A stretch of DNA of 63,899 nucleotides, filler included, from Vannella sp. (taxonomy: Eukaryota), in NCBI GenBank assembly GCA_023345925.1. It is 8 parts of 8 records of this genome, joined end to end, with 100 filler letters (N's around TTAATTAATTAA, not from the genome) between each part and the next. Parts side by side here need not be neighbours in the genome. Positions count along the whole stretch, not along the records: positions 27,335 to 39,387 come from JAJQQN010001077.1; positions 39,488 to 51,581 come from JAJQQN010000421.1; 6 more parts are not named here. One strand, 5' to 3'. Each line of letters starts with the position of its first letter. The stretch's first letter is position 1. The position numbers and the translations under genes are program-made. The notes under the pieces were generated by a model that ran no database searches, was not told where the DNA came from, and worked only from the letters and a program-made list of their open reading frames with translations. This document shows positions 34,973-46,350 of this stretch, piece after piece.

Positions 34973-37053
34973 ATGCCGACACAGGCTCCGCCGAGAGTTC
35001 TGCCTTCCGCCCAGTCGGATGGGAATATTTTGCGCAAGGCGGGGGCTCCTGACCTTTCAGGAATGGAGAGAACGGTTGTGGCGGCTCGTCCTGCTGTGGT
35101 TGCACGGCCAAAAGCTCCTCCTCCTGTGCCCCCTCCTCGAAGAGGACCGAATGGGATGGGACGGTCCTCCACGACAGTGGAAGCTCCCACCGCTCGAGTA
35201 GTCACCAGACAGCGTAACAGACAGTTGGAGTTCATGTCTGCGATGCCCACCCTTGCGGACTCGCAGAAACCCACCGTTGGACAAGGAGCCGTTAAGGTCT
35301 TGCCAACTGTACCTGCTCGTGAGCCTGAAGCCATTCAACCCCCTTCTGAAGCCACTCAACTCCCTTCTGAACCTGCTGAAAGCCCTGATGAAGCCAAGCA
35401 AGAGGTCAGACGGAAGAAGATTGCCGATGAAATCTGCTCCACAGAGAAGACTTATTGTCGCTCACTCCAGACCATTATTACTGTATGTTGCCTTTGCTAT
35501 GAGCAGGAAAGACAACGAGAGGAACTGACTGGCGATAGGACTACTTAAATCCCATAACGCACGATGCCTCGATGTTGAAGAAGGGGCGAGCAGAGAGCAT
35601 CTTCGGCAACATTGAAGAGATCACAAATCTTCATCTTCCAATGCTTTATGACTTGGACATGTGCCTGCGCAACTGGGAAAGCAGCAATGGCAATATTGGC
35701 GCTATTTTTGTCAAATCGGTGCGTTTCCTGTTCCAAAGAGACTACTTTCTGATTGTGAAGTTAGACGGAGTATTTTGAGATGTACAAAAAGTACTGTGCG
35801 CACTATGCAGATGCGCTCGAGTGTCTCAGCGAATCCAAAGAGACTTCCGCTAAGTTTAGCAACTTTCTCAAGGTAAAAGAAGGGCCGAAGAAGTGCCCAT
35901 CATGATAGCTTACGATTTGGAAGGCTCAGGGAGGTGCTTTGGAGTCACTGTTGATCCAACCCGTTCAGAGAATACCTCGTTATCGCCTGCTTTTTGCCGA
36001 ACTGATCAAGTACACCCCCAAAGATCATCCGGACTATGCTCCTTCGGCAAAGGCACTTCGGAAAATAGAGGAAGTCGCTATTTATGTCAATGAGAGTGTC
36101 CGTGACAAGGAGAACCAAGAGCGCTTGGCCCTTATCGAGTCCAGTTTCACGAACAAAGGTCCGGTACGATGATATCACTTCAGCTTGCGTCACCAAGGCT
36201 GACAGATGGGAGTGCAGAGGCTTGTGGATCCAGAGCGAAGGTTTATTCGAGAGGGAATCCTCGTCAAAATGTGTCGCCGATCCCCAAAGCTGCGCTATTT
36301 TTTCTTGTTCAGCGATGTTCTCTTGTATTGCTCAGCCAATGAGACTGAAAAGGACAATACCAAGCCAACTTATATATTCCACCGCTCATTTGACGTGAAG
36401 CAAGTCCGCGTCGAGGATATTCCAGAGTCTGAAGGAATGGAAAACGCGTTCCAGCTGCTGAGCAACCAAAAGTCCTTCGCTGTTTTCGCTGAGTCTGCAG
36501 AGTCCAAGAAAAAGTGGATTTCAGACATCAATATGGCAAGGAACTATGGGAAAGAGCCAGACACTCCCTCAGAAGGCGAGGACATCGCTCCAGTTTGGGT
36601 TCCCGACAAATTGGTCAAAAACTGTATGCAATGCAAGTCAAAGTTCACTGCTATCAACAGACGCGTAAGTGTATCATTGGAGATGGATTGAGCGTGTCTA
36701 ATAGAGCCTGATAGCATCATTGCCGAAAGTGTGGAGAGCTTGTTTGCGGTGCCTGTTCCAGCAAGAAGTTTCAGCTTCCCAATATTGGGAAGATGTGTCG
36801 TGTTTGTGACCCTTGCTTCAATGTCCTGACTGGCGTTGAATCGCCGTCAACGCGCCCCGTCGAGGTGAAACCAGATTTCACTGCCGGAGCTAAGACAGAT
36901 CTTTCCAAGTCAGCGACCATGAAGTTCCAGACCAAGACACCTCGACGGGCTGTAGGCAACAGCGGAGATGTCTTCCTACCAGGAAACGCAACCTACACAT
37001 CGTTACTAGATGAGGGAGAGGAGTCAACAGAACCAAGTCAGCCTGTCGAGTGA
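34973..37053 (+). CDS. FGD/Frabin-like RhoGEF (DH-PH-FYVE), multi-exon
   Basis: EICSTEKTY and LLIQPVQRIPRYRLL. PH domain RYFFLFSDVLLY. FYVE WVPD..C..C..F....R|HHCRKCG..VC...RVC. Confidence 0.92.
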
Positions 37054-37242
37054 AAGTTCAAACAGTTGTAAATTTAGAGGGCTAAACCTATTCAGTCTCT
37101 TGAAGTGATAGGTGTAGCGAATGCACCCAAGCTGAATAACAACGATGATAAATAAGTCTACGAGAAGAGTCTTGCCATTCATATGAGCCAAGTCAAGTCA
37201 CAGGAAAGTGGCATTGAACCAGAGACTTTAATAGTCGCAGTT

Positions 37243-39387
37243 TCACTCTTTCAGGAACTTCTCCTCGTCTGAATCATCCTCGAGCGCAGTTTGTTCCCCG
37301 CCGTCCTCTTCTGGTATGGCCTCATTTGAAGCCTCATCAGGTCTTGGGTCGACGAACCCATCTCCCCACTTGGCTTTTCGGGCGGAGGCATAAAAGTCGG
37401 TCCCGTGACGGCGAGTAATGATCGTTTCCTTGATCTTTCCTTTGGGAGTGCACAGGTCCAAATGTATATGACCGCCCCGCTTTCTTGGTTGCCGGACAAT
37501 GCGGCTCCAAGGCGCTTCTTCAACACTCTTGACATCTGCGAAAGTCTGGTCCCTCTCATTAAGGTCAGCGGACTCACCCAAAACACTGGGCTTTTGGACT
37601 ACGATGTAGGAGAAAGGTACATCTCTGAAAGACTTTGTCGTAGTCTTTCGTTCGTGGGCCAGAAGAAAAGTGCGTTGCTTAATGTGACACCAGCTTTTCT
37701 CCTTCATCGGGCAGCTGAATTGATGTGGACAAGGAGCGATAACCTTACCAGGGACATCCTCATTAATCAGGATGTCTCGAATGAACTTGACCATTTGGAA
37801 GCCAACTGGAGAGCCAATCTCAGAGAACACTAGGATTCCTCCGGGTCTAACTGACCGCCACAACGAACGAATAACGTCACTGTGTTATTGTTAGATACCG
37901 ACAAGGCCATGCAAGAGTCTTACCGTCGCTCTCTGGGGGTTTGTAGGTACGTAAAGCTGCAGGAACTGACAACAAGATCATAATCAGCCACTTCCTTTCC
38001 CAAAGAGAGGAATCGCCGATACAAGACTCGACTATCAAACCTGGTGAGAGTTTGAGAGATGTCTAACATAGCAGACGAAGGCTCCACAGCCAAAAAGTGC
38101 TTGATAATGTTCTCTCCCCAAATCTCGTCCGCAGCAAAGACGGTTGTTCCCGGTCCAGAACCAAAGTCCAAGATCATTCGCGGAGTAAAATTGGGTCTCA
38201 GCACCTCAATCTCATGGAAAATGCGATGGATAATGCCGTACTGCCCCGTAGTGAAGTTCTCCACGTAGGCCAGAGACTCTGGCTTCCCAAAGATAATCTG
38301 AGGGAAAGTGCCAGTGGTGGCCATCTGCTGCGCATCCACAGGATCAGCGAAAATGTGAGCATGGAGGGCTTGCCGAATCATCTTCCGGTTCTCTGCACGA
38401 GAAGGAATATGCCCGCGGTCGGCTCGAGAAGGAATCTCACTTATTTGTTCCTTTTCCTTTTCTGTGAACTCTGGCTTTCCTACGTGGACGGTAGGGCGCA
38501 CATAGGAGCGCTTCTTATGATACTTGTTGATAAGATTGTCGATACGATCCCGCAAGCCCTGAGGAACCGTAACGCTCCCGATGGAGAAGTTCACTCGCTG
38601 TTGGCGGAGCTTCTTTCGGAACTCAGTCTTCTCCGTTCGCTCTGTTTGCTCTTGCTCCCACTTCTCTACGTCTTCTTTGGCCATTGGTTTGGTCTTGATA
38701 GGCTCTGGCCTTGGTTTCGGTGTGGCCTTGGGAGGGGCAGAATCGCCCAGTTCCTCACCCAGGAACTCGTCCATGATGCGTCTCATCTCTCCGTCTGCAC
38801 CAAAGTCGTCTTCAGACTCTTCCTGATCAGCGGGTGGCTGCTTCTCGAGCACAGATGCCACGATCGGTGAAGGAGCGGATCCCGAAGACTCTTGCCCGAG
38901 GATCTCGTCGATCACTTCATCTTCTGCTCCCTTAGAACGGAACTCAAGCTCACTGTCGCTTCCGCTTGAGGAAGAGGAAGAGGAAGAGGAGGAGGACGAG
39001 GAGGATGAAGAACCTCTCTTCTCCTCTGGATCGCCTTCTGTGTCCGATTCTTCAGCAGCTGCAGTCTTCTGTTGAAGCCAGGCGCGGAATTGTTCACCTT
39101 CAGTACCAGAGAGGCTGGCAGCGTACTCCTCCATTGATATCATACGCTGTCCTGGCTTAAGAGCGTACTCAGCATCGAACTGCTCCTCTGTAATAGCTGG
39201 CCCTATCTTCCCACCAGACTCAGTAAACGTATCAGCAATGTTACGCAGCCGCTCCTCCGTGATCCGCCGTCTTTCATTCTCCTCATCGAACTTCGCGCGA
39301 AGCTCCGGGTCTTCCTCCCCGGTGGGCACCTTCACACCCAGCATCTCCTCCAACACATGGCTCTCTCTCTGCGTAGCCCTCTGCGAG
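37243..39387 (-). CDS. RSM22: Mitoribosome small-subunit assembly factor Rsm22/METTL17, 5' truncated, long acidic N-terminal extension
   Basis: ILDFGSGPGT, EIGSPVGF, IAPCPH..CPM...WCH, RKRGGHIHLDLC and ARKAKWGD. Confidence 0.88.
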
Positions 39388-39487
39388 NNNNNNNNNNNNN
39401 NNNNNNNNNNNNNNNNNNNNNNNNNNNNNNNTTAATTAATTAANNNNNNNNNNNNNNNNNNNNNNNNNNNNNNNNNNNNNNNNNNNN
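39388..39487. other. Artificial contig linker
   Basis: Same spacer. Confidence 0.98.
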
Positions 39488-39965
39488 CTCGAGTAGATAG
39501 GGATAGTTCTGTCATGACAGTCGGCTCTAAAGAAATGGTCTAAAGTCACGAACATGAGCCAGAAATCCGGGACACTCTGTGAGCCAACGATTGGATCAAG
39601 CTCACGTTAATCAAGGAACCATCCTTGAACGTTCTCCCCTTTTGGGAAGTGCAGGAAGCCTAAAATGGGATTTGTCAAGGAAAGTGCAAAGAAAGGCCAA
39701 AAATCAAATCAAACACGTTGTTCAAGTTCATTTGGTAAAGGTCCGGATCGAATTTAGAGGCACTCTTCATCCGTGGCCAGCGGACGATGAACTTGTAATG
39801 TGTTTTGGTCGAGGCACTTTTCGGTTCAATTGACCATCCCCTCAAGCGAAGGTACGCACCGCGCGTCAGTCGCATGTGTTCAATTTCTATTCTATTCCAA
39901 AGGAAACCTTGTCAACAAGTACTGTTTACTGGACGCTGTCTGCAAGCGAGATTATCTTGGATTGG

Positions 39966-41306
39966 TCAATCCATTTGGGTTGCGTTCACCTTTGTGGTGG
40001 ACTTGATGACACCGACAGCAACTATTTGTTGCAAATCGCGTACGGCGAAACGGCCAAGACCAGAATACCTGTGGAAGGCTTCGACGCTCATGGGCCTTTG
40101 TGGCACCATGTCAATGAGAGCTGCATCGCCTGACTTGATGGATTTGGGGTTCTCTTCAAGGATCTTACCGGACCGGCGATTGATCCTTTGGTGGATGGAC
40201 GTCCACTTGCAGGCAATGTGGGCCGTGTGGCAATCAATCATCGGCGTGTAACCTGCTAGGATGGGCTCGGGGTGGTTAAGGATGATAACCTGAGCACTGA
40301 ACGTTTCAATGCTTGATGGAGGGTCGTTGTAGGTCTCGCCAACAACGTCACCTCGACGGATATCCTCGACAGAGATGTTCTTAACATTGAAACCGACCTG
40401 GTCTCCTGGTTCAGCCCGTTGGTGGCGCCCCATCTCGATGCTCATCACTTCAGTAGAGAGTGCAGAGGGTGCGATAGTGACGAACATTCCTGGTAAAAGG
40501 GCGCCAGTTTCGACACAACCGACAGGAACTGTCCCAAGACCGCCAATCTTGTACACATCCCGAAGAGGAATACGAAGCGGCCTATCCATGGGGCGGGGAG
40601 GGAGAGTTATGGAGTCCAGGGCCTCGATAAGTGTGGGTCCGTCCCACCAAAGCATGTTGGGGGATTGCTCGAGGATGTTATCACCATTCCATCCGGAAAT
40701 GGGGATGAAAGGAACGTCCTTGGAAGAGAATCCAATCTTCTGGATGACGCCGGAAACGTCCTTTTGAATCTCCTCGAAACGTTCCTGGCCAAACGCAACG
40801 GACTCGTCGTCCATCTTGTTAACACCCACAATCAGCGCATTCACACCTAATGTGAAGGCCAAGAGAGCGTGTTCCCGAGTCTGACCGCTGCGTGACATAC
40901 CAGCTGCGAACTCTGGCAAGGGGGCAGAGACGATTAGGATAGCAGCGTCAGCTTTGGAGGTCCCGGTAATCATGTTCTTGATGAAGTCGCGGTGTCCTGG
41001 GGCATCGATGATGGTGCAAGAGTACTTTGGAGTCTCGAAACTCCAAAGAGCAATGTCAATGGTGACGCCACGTTCACGTTCAGCCTTCAAAGTATCAAGA
41101 ACCCAGGCGTACTTGAAAGAGGCCTTTCCCATCTGAATAGCTTCACTCTCGAGTCTCTTGAGGTTGCTCTTGTCAATGCCTCCACACTGATAGATCAAAT
41201 GCCCCGCAGTAGTGGACTTTCCAGAGTCAACATGGCCGATCATGATGACCCGGATGCGGGGCTTCTCCTTCTCCGCACGAGTCTTCTTCTTACCCACGTC
41301 TTCCAT
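39966..41306 (-). CDS. Divergent eEF1A (EF-1alpha) paralog, intronless
   Basis: [47 protein letters not shown] and LGRFAVRD, with many non-canonical residues elsewhere. Confidence 0.93.
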   Translation of the reverse strand: MEDVGKKKTRAEKEKPRIRVIMIGHVDSGKSTTAGHLIYQCGGIDKSNLKRLESEAIQMGKASFKYAWVLDTLKAERERGVTIDIALWSFETPKYSCTIIDAPGHRDFIKNMITGTSKADAAILIVSAPLPEFAAGMSRSGQTREHALLAFTLGVNALIVGVNKMDDESVAFGQERFEEIQKDVSGVIQKIGFSSKDVPFIPISGWNGDNILEQSPNMLWWDGPTLIEALDSITLPPRPMDRPLRIPLRDVYKIGGLGTVPVGCVETGALLPGMFVTIAPSALSTEVMSIEMGRHQRAEPGDQVGFNVKNISVEDIRRGDVVGETYNDPPSSIETFSAQVIILNHPEPILAGYTPMIDCHTAHIACKWTSIHQRINRRSGKILEENPKSIKSGDAALIDMVPQRPMSVEAFHRYSGLGRFAVRDLQQIVAVGVIKSTTKVNATQMD

Positions 41307-41518
41307 CCGCCACAACCAGAAAGTGCTCATAAGCGCCTCATTGGAGCACTTGGGTGGCAGATTCCTTCAAATCCTCCTGATTGGTGGAATTTGCCACCCA
41401 ACCAAAACGGGCATTTCACCCAAACCCTCTTTAGTTGATAAATCCTGATTAAATGAAAACTGCTTGTGTTCACTTGCTTGGGGAAACCCAAACATTTATT
41501 GTTTCATTTTTTTGTTTC

Positions 41519-42039
41519 ATGTCGGGCGAGGCGGAGCCGAGTGAGGACGATATTATCACTCAGTTGCAAGGGCAAGTTGTTCTTTTGACGAGTCAGTTCT
41601 ACAACTATGCAGGATACATTCAAAAGGAGGCACCACCACAAGGAGAACCTCTTTCGGTGGAAGGAAATGGCCCCACACCCCCGGTGGGCGACTTTTTGGA
41701 GATTTTCTCTCAGTGTGTGAGCGAGACCATCAGCACGACGCAGAATATTTGCAAAGTAGGTACCTCTCCATCCATAACTTGTGAACTGCACTCTCATGTG
41801 TCTTGATCGAAGCTGATTGACTCTCTCCCTGAACCTCGAGACCGCAAAGAGTTGGAAAACGAGTTCCAGCGGCTTGCTACAGAAGCAGATCAACTTGATG
41901 TAGCATTAAGAGAAGAGTTAGAAAGCTCTGGTGAGGTTTACAGACCCTGGCAGGCTTTGAATCTCACTTTCTGGCAGATGAATTGCTTCAACACATCCGA
42001 GAATCACTCCGATCCGTCACAAAGGACTTGTTACGATAG
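41519..42039 (+). CDS. MED21: Mediator subunit 21 (Srb7), 3 exons
   Basis: DIITQLQ..V..L..QFYN..GYIQ...LIDSLP followed by a C-terminal coiled coil. Confidence 0.75.
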
Positions 42040-42110
42040 CAATCGATTTATATCGTACTCTTATGATGAAAAGAAACAAAATTGGACCAAAAGGGGCAAT
42101 GTACAGTGGA

Positions 42111-45017
42111 CTAGGCGTCCCAGGATTCATCTTCTCCGTCTTCTTCTTCTTCGATATCGTCCTCGAGACCTTCTCGTCTGGCAAATAAGGCCTTGGCTAG
42201 TGCGTGCATCATGTTCTGAGGGTCGAACTTCTCTGTATCTACTTCTTTCTCCTTTGGGTCCACCCGCCGAAGCATCGAAGACCCACCCCTGATAGCTGCC
42301 ATCAAATCCGTCCGTGAGTCCGCCGCTGCCTCTTCTGGGACATGAGAAGGTTTCTTGAGCCCCGTTCGATCAGAACTCTGTATCTGAGCAAACAAATTCG
42401 CCCTTCCATTCGAAGGAGGAGGCAGAGGCGGCATTCCCATCGGCGGTGGCGGTGGGGGAGCGCCGAATGATGCCGCTTCGTTCATGTTCGATGAAGGTGG
42501 TGGCGGTGGAGGTGCTGAGGGAGGCAGAGGCATTTCAAAGTCTTCGTAAGCTTGCATGTCCATGCTTCGAAGAGTGGTAGTAGCTGTCTCTAACTTGAGA
42601 GAAAGTGAAGCGTTCTCTTGAAGAGCCCGCTCCATATTGGAGCGCATGTAATTCAACTCTTCTGACCAAGTTTGGCCCGTTGCTGCAGCTGAGGCTAACC
42701 TTTCAGCATTCTGCAATCTCGTTTGAAGCTCTTCCACGCGCTTTTGCAAAGTTTCTGTTTCCTTTCTGGCTCTTCCTCGCTCCTCTTTGATTGCTTCCTC
42801 CAAGGAAGAACTATTAGGAGTGCCAGAGCTTTGTGAAAGCATCTCCAGAGTGCTCTCAAGGGCCTCTTTGGTGCTTTCGAGATTCACACAATGCTTCCGG
42901 GATTCATCGAGTTGCTGTTGAAGGGCAACAAGATACCTGTGGTGTTTCATTTCCATTTGATTCATTGTTTCTCGCTCTTGCTGCAGTTGTACTTGCAGAG
43001 AGTTGGCATTCGCATCGACAACTTGCAAAGTATTGAGTTGGAAGTAGAGTTGTTGAGTCTCTTCTTCCATTCTCTGGCGTGTCCGCATCTCTTCTTCAAG
43101 CCGACAAAGTAATTCCGCTCTCTCACCCTCTCCCAAAGGAGCACTGTTTCTCCCATATGGTTGGTGAGCTTGCTGCTCAGCAGTGTAGCGAAGTTCGCGC
43201 TCCACAGAAAGCTCTTGTTGCAAGCGGGCCACCTCCTCCCGAAGTAAAGCGTGATGTGCGATCCTACTTTCCTTCATAGCGCTCTGAATGCTGGAACGAG
43301 AGGACTCTAACATCCCCAGTAGCGATTTCATGTTCTTCTCGACCTGTTCTACATCTAGAATAGAATCCAAATTCTGTGATAAGCGCGCTGTGGCTTCTCC
43401 AATCTCCTTATTGAGCTTTGTGACTCTTGTCAGCAGGTTGGAGTCCTTCTTACGATCAAGTGGAGCTGCTCGCGCTTGAATCGGTTGGAGGACTTCAGCC
43501 AATGCAGAAATCAGAAGCTCGACAGGACGAGTCACGTCTGGCATGGAGCTAATCTGGCGTCTAATCTCCATTAAGCGGGTCTCATAAAGTTCGATGGCAT
43601 CAGCAAACTGGAATTGGAGCTCCAGGTTCTGAGTAGCAATGGCATTCCTCGCGGATTCCGCCTCCTCGTATTGCTTTGTTAGCGCTCTCATTTGCTCACC
43701 TGAAGCGCGATTGAGTTCCTCAAACTGGGCAGAATTAGCTCCATAAGAAGAGGAGTCCGCCCCACTGTGTCTAAGAGTCTCTAAACGCGCCAATTCTTCA
43801 CTTTCGAGCTTCTTTTTGAGATCTTTCAGTTGGCTTTGGGAGTATTGCTCAATTTGAGAGATTTTCTCTCGGAAGGACTCTTGTTGAGTGCGAATAGAAT
43901 CTTCCAGTGCGTCCTTCTCAAGCAAGAGAGTTTCACATTGGCTGCGAGACTCTCCTAACTCACTATAGAGTCGGGTCAGCTGCGTTTCAGAGTCTGTTCG
44001 GAGCTGGTGTTCGTAGTTATACTTTTCTTGAATTTGGGTGAGCTGGCGATCCTTCCCTGCCGAGGTATCCTTTGAACGAGCTTCGAGGTCGAGAATGGAG
44101 TCCTCTAGGAAGCGACATTTGCTCTCTAACTCAGCACGGGTTGCATTGTTCTCTGCTATTCGATTGTCCAGTTCATTCACTCGGTTCTGAAGTGCCTCAG
44201 TGCGACGTTCGAAGTGAGAGGAAGACTCATTCCGGAATTCTGCGGCTTTCCGGGCAGCTTTCTCTTGCTCTAAGGCACTCCGGAGCGCCTTGTTCTCAGC
44301 TTGAAGTCGTTGAGAGTTTGGCATGCCGCCAAGGACTCTCTGGGGTGTTGCGATTGGTGCAGCGGGCCTAACAGAGGCTCCAGGAACCTTTAAGCGAGGG
44401 CGGGAGGTTGCAGATCCAACAGGAGGAGGAGCTTGCGCCGTGGGAGAGCTTGACGGCCTATTCATGGCCATAAGGGCCTCTGTGTCGATCTCTATTTGCC
44501 CGTTCTTGATCCGCAGAACGCCGCTTTCGAGGAGGCGGTTGGCTTCTCGCTTTGTCAGACCTCGCCCATTGCGCGCTTGCTTGAAGTGGAGATCGAACTG
44601 GTGGAAGAAAGGAGGTAAGCGTGGGTCACCTGGTTTGATGCGCCCGTCCTCGAGGGGACGCGTGGGGGCAGCTGCCTTTGCCGGTCGGGGAGGGAGAATG
44701 GGGAGAGTTTGCGGGCGTAGAAGCTCGTTGGTAGGCAAAGTAGATGGTGCAGGGATAGAAGGTCGAGGAGGTGCAATCTGGCTGACTGATCCCCGTCTCT
44801 GGACTGTTTGAGGCCTTCCTTGCTGTCCCCTCGGGCTTCCCCTCGGCCCTGGAGAGCCCCTTCCCCCAGGCGCGGCTCCCCCCACTCCAACATGCAAGTG
44901 CCTACACAACGCGCACTCATTGGGCACGAAAGTAGCCACAAATCGTGAGCAATCGCACCCCGCCTCGGTGCACCGGGACATGTCCCCCGCCCAGGGACCT
45001 CCAACAATGGATGCCAT
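42111..45017 (-). CDS. WASP-family-like actin nucleation promoting factor (Cys/His motif - coiled coil - polyPro - WH2-WH2-C-A)
   Basis: WH2 motifs RANLFAQIQ...LKK and RTDLMAAIRGG..LRRV. Central helix MHALAKALFARR. Acidic tail EEEEDGEDESWDA with the terminal Trp. Confidence 0.85.
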   Translation of the reverse strand: MASIVGGPWAGDMSRCTEAGCDCSRFVATFVPNECALCRHLHVGVGGAAPGGRGSPGPRGSPRGQQGRPQTVQRRGSVSQIAPPRPSIPAPSTLPTNELLRPQTLPILPPRPAKAAAPTRPLEDGRIKPGDPRLPPFFHQFDLHFKQARNGRGLTKREANRLLESGVLRIKNGQIEIDTEALMAMNRPSSSPTAQAPPPVGSATSRPRLKVPGASVRPAAPIATPQRVLGGMPNSQRLQAENKALRSALEQEKAARKAAEFRNESSSHFERRTEALQNRVNELDNRIAENNATRAELESKCRFLEDSILDLEARSKDTSAGKDRQLTQIQEKYNYEHQLRTDSETQLTRLYSELGESRSQCETLLLEKDALEDSIRTQQESFREKISQIEQYSQSQLKDLKKKLESEELARLETLRHSGADSSSYGANSAQFEELNRASGEQMRALTKQYEEAESARNAIATQNLELQFQFADAIELYETRLMEIRRQISSMPDVTRPVELLISALAEVLQPIQARAAPLDRKKDSNLLTRVTKLNKEIGEATARLSQNLDSILDVEQVEKNMKSLLGMLESSRSSIQSAMKESRIAHHALLREEVARLQQELSVERELRYTAEQQAHQPYGRNSAPLGEGERAELLCRLEEEMRTRQRMEEETQQLYFQLNTLQVVDANANSLQVQLQQERETMNQMEMKHHRYLVALQQQLDESRKHCVNLESTKEALESTLEMLSQSSGTPNSSSLEEAIKEERGRARKETETLQKRVEELQTRLQNAERLASAAATGQTWSEELNYMRSNMERALQENASLSLKLETATTTLRSMDMQAYEDFEMPLPPSAPPPPPPSSNMNEAASFGAPPPPPPMGMPPLPPPSNGRANLFAQIQSSDRTGLKKPSHVPEEAAADSRTDLMAAIRGGSSMLRRVDPKEKEVDTEKFDPQNMMHALAKALFARREGLEDDIEEEEDGEDESWDA

Positions 45018-45204
45018 CGTCTCCTACAGTGCAACTATTCCCTTCAATGGAGGATTCTCTCTTCCTGGCCACCCTGAGGACTGCTTCATCGGCCCCGCGC
45101 TCGGAGGAGCGGAAGGGAGACTCTGTGGTGCACGTGGCAAGGTTGTTTTGTATCAGATCCTTGTTAAAAGTGAGCCATGCTCTCTCTGTGAGCTTGTTGG
45201 CTGA

Positions 45205-45687
45205 TCACTTCTTGAAACGAGCTCGCATCTCCTCTCGTCGGCGTTCCAGCTCAGCTTTTCGCTCTTCTGAGAGGGCGGCGCGTTCATCTAGTTGCTTCAT
45301 TCGTTCCTACGCTTGTAAGAAAGGGAGGGAAGGAGTGAGAACACTTGCCTCCAGCTCTGCTCGGCGAGATTCAAAGTCGTCGGGGCGAACTTTGTACTCT
45401 GGCCTGTTCTGGTCCTGGAAGTTGGGTCTTCCTGCATCTCTCTGTGCTCTGGCCTCTGCCAAACGAACCTGAACCCGCTACACCAAGAAAGAACTCTACA
45501 TTTAACCAAAATGGGAAACGAACAAGAAGAAGGCTCCTCTCACCTCCATCTCCGTCTTAAGCGACTCCATCCTATCCTGTTGCTCGTCTCTCATTCGCTT
45601 CATGAACGCCTCATGTTCTTCGCTGGGGAATCCGTGCACGAACAAGCCAACAAGAGCCACCACCAACACCAAGATGAGAATTCGCAT
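45205..45687 (-). CDS. Small secreted charged/coiled-coil protein, 3 exons
   Basis: Signal peptide MRILILVLVVALVGLFVHG. Spliced E/R-rich helices end RARFKK*. Confidence 0.6.
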
Positions 45688-45762
45688 TAAAAATGATTAA
45701 TTTATTCGCCAATTATAAAACATTTTCCAGTCATTTTCTGGTGGCTGGGCAGCGGAGGGGCG

Positions 45763-46249
45763 ATGCCAAAGTACTACTGCGACTACTGTGAGTGAGGGAG
45801 TTTGCAGGACTGGACTTCAAACGACAGGGGGGTACTGTGTGAGTGGTTGTCGGTCTGACAGGGACATGCAGGTGACATCTTCCTGACCCACGACTCGACT
45901 TCGGTGAGAAAATCGCACAATGAGGGTTGGAAGCACAAGTCTGCCGTGCGCGAGTACTATTCGCAGTTCGAAGAGGCTTTCTTACAGTCTACAATGCATC
46001 AGGCTATGACACAGTTCGGCAGGGCGAACCCTGGTAAGCGATCAAGCGCCAACCGACCTTCGAAGCTAACGAACTCTTCCAGCTCCTCCTGGATGGTTCG
46101 CTCCCCCAGGTGGACTACCTCCCGGGGCTCTCATGATGCCACCTCCCCCTGGAAGCGCCCCGCCTTCTGGGCCAATGGGACCACCGGGCGCCATCCCAAT
46201 GGGACCTCCCGGTTCGGCCCCTGTCATGGGGCCTCCTGGATCATACTAG
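45763..46249 (+). CDS. SNRPC: U1 snRNP protein C
   Basis: MPKYYCDYC|DIFLTHDS.SVRKSHNEGWKH (zf-U1) followed by a Pro/Gly/Met-rich tail. Confidence 0.93.
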
Positions 46250-46350
46250 GTCACTTGATCCTCATAAAGCTCTTCTCTATGTCACTGACATCTCCAACAG
46301 CCCTCCAGGGACCTCTGTGACGAACAATCGAGCTCATCAATCATTCTTTG

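Noticed and set aside
38966..39010. (GAGGAA)n purine tract
   Set aside because: Encodes a poly-Ser linker in RSM22; ordinary low complexity.
12645..39387. COX11 and RSM22 in one window (fused in fission yeast)
   Set aside because: They are on different contigs, and COX11 has its own presequence and start.
41100..41135. eEF1A paralog as an escape from Lgt glucosylation
   Set aside because: The Ser53-equivalent in GKASFKY is retained, so escape at that site is not supported.
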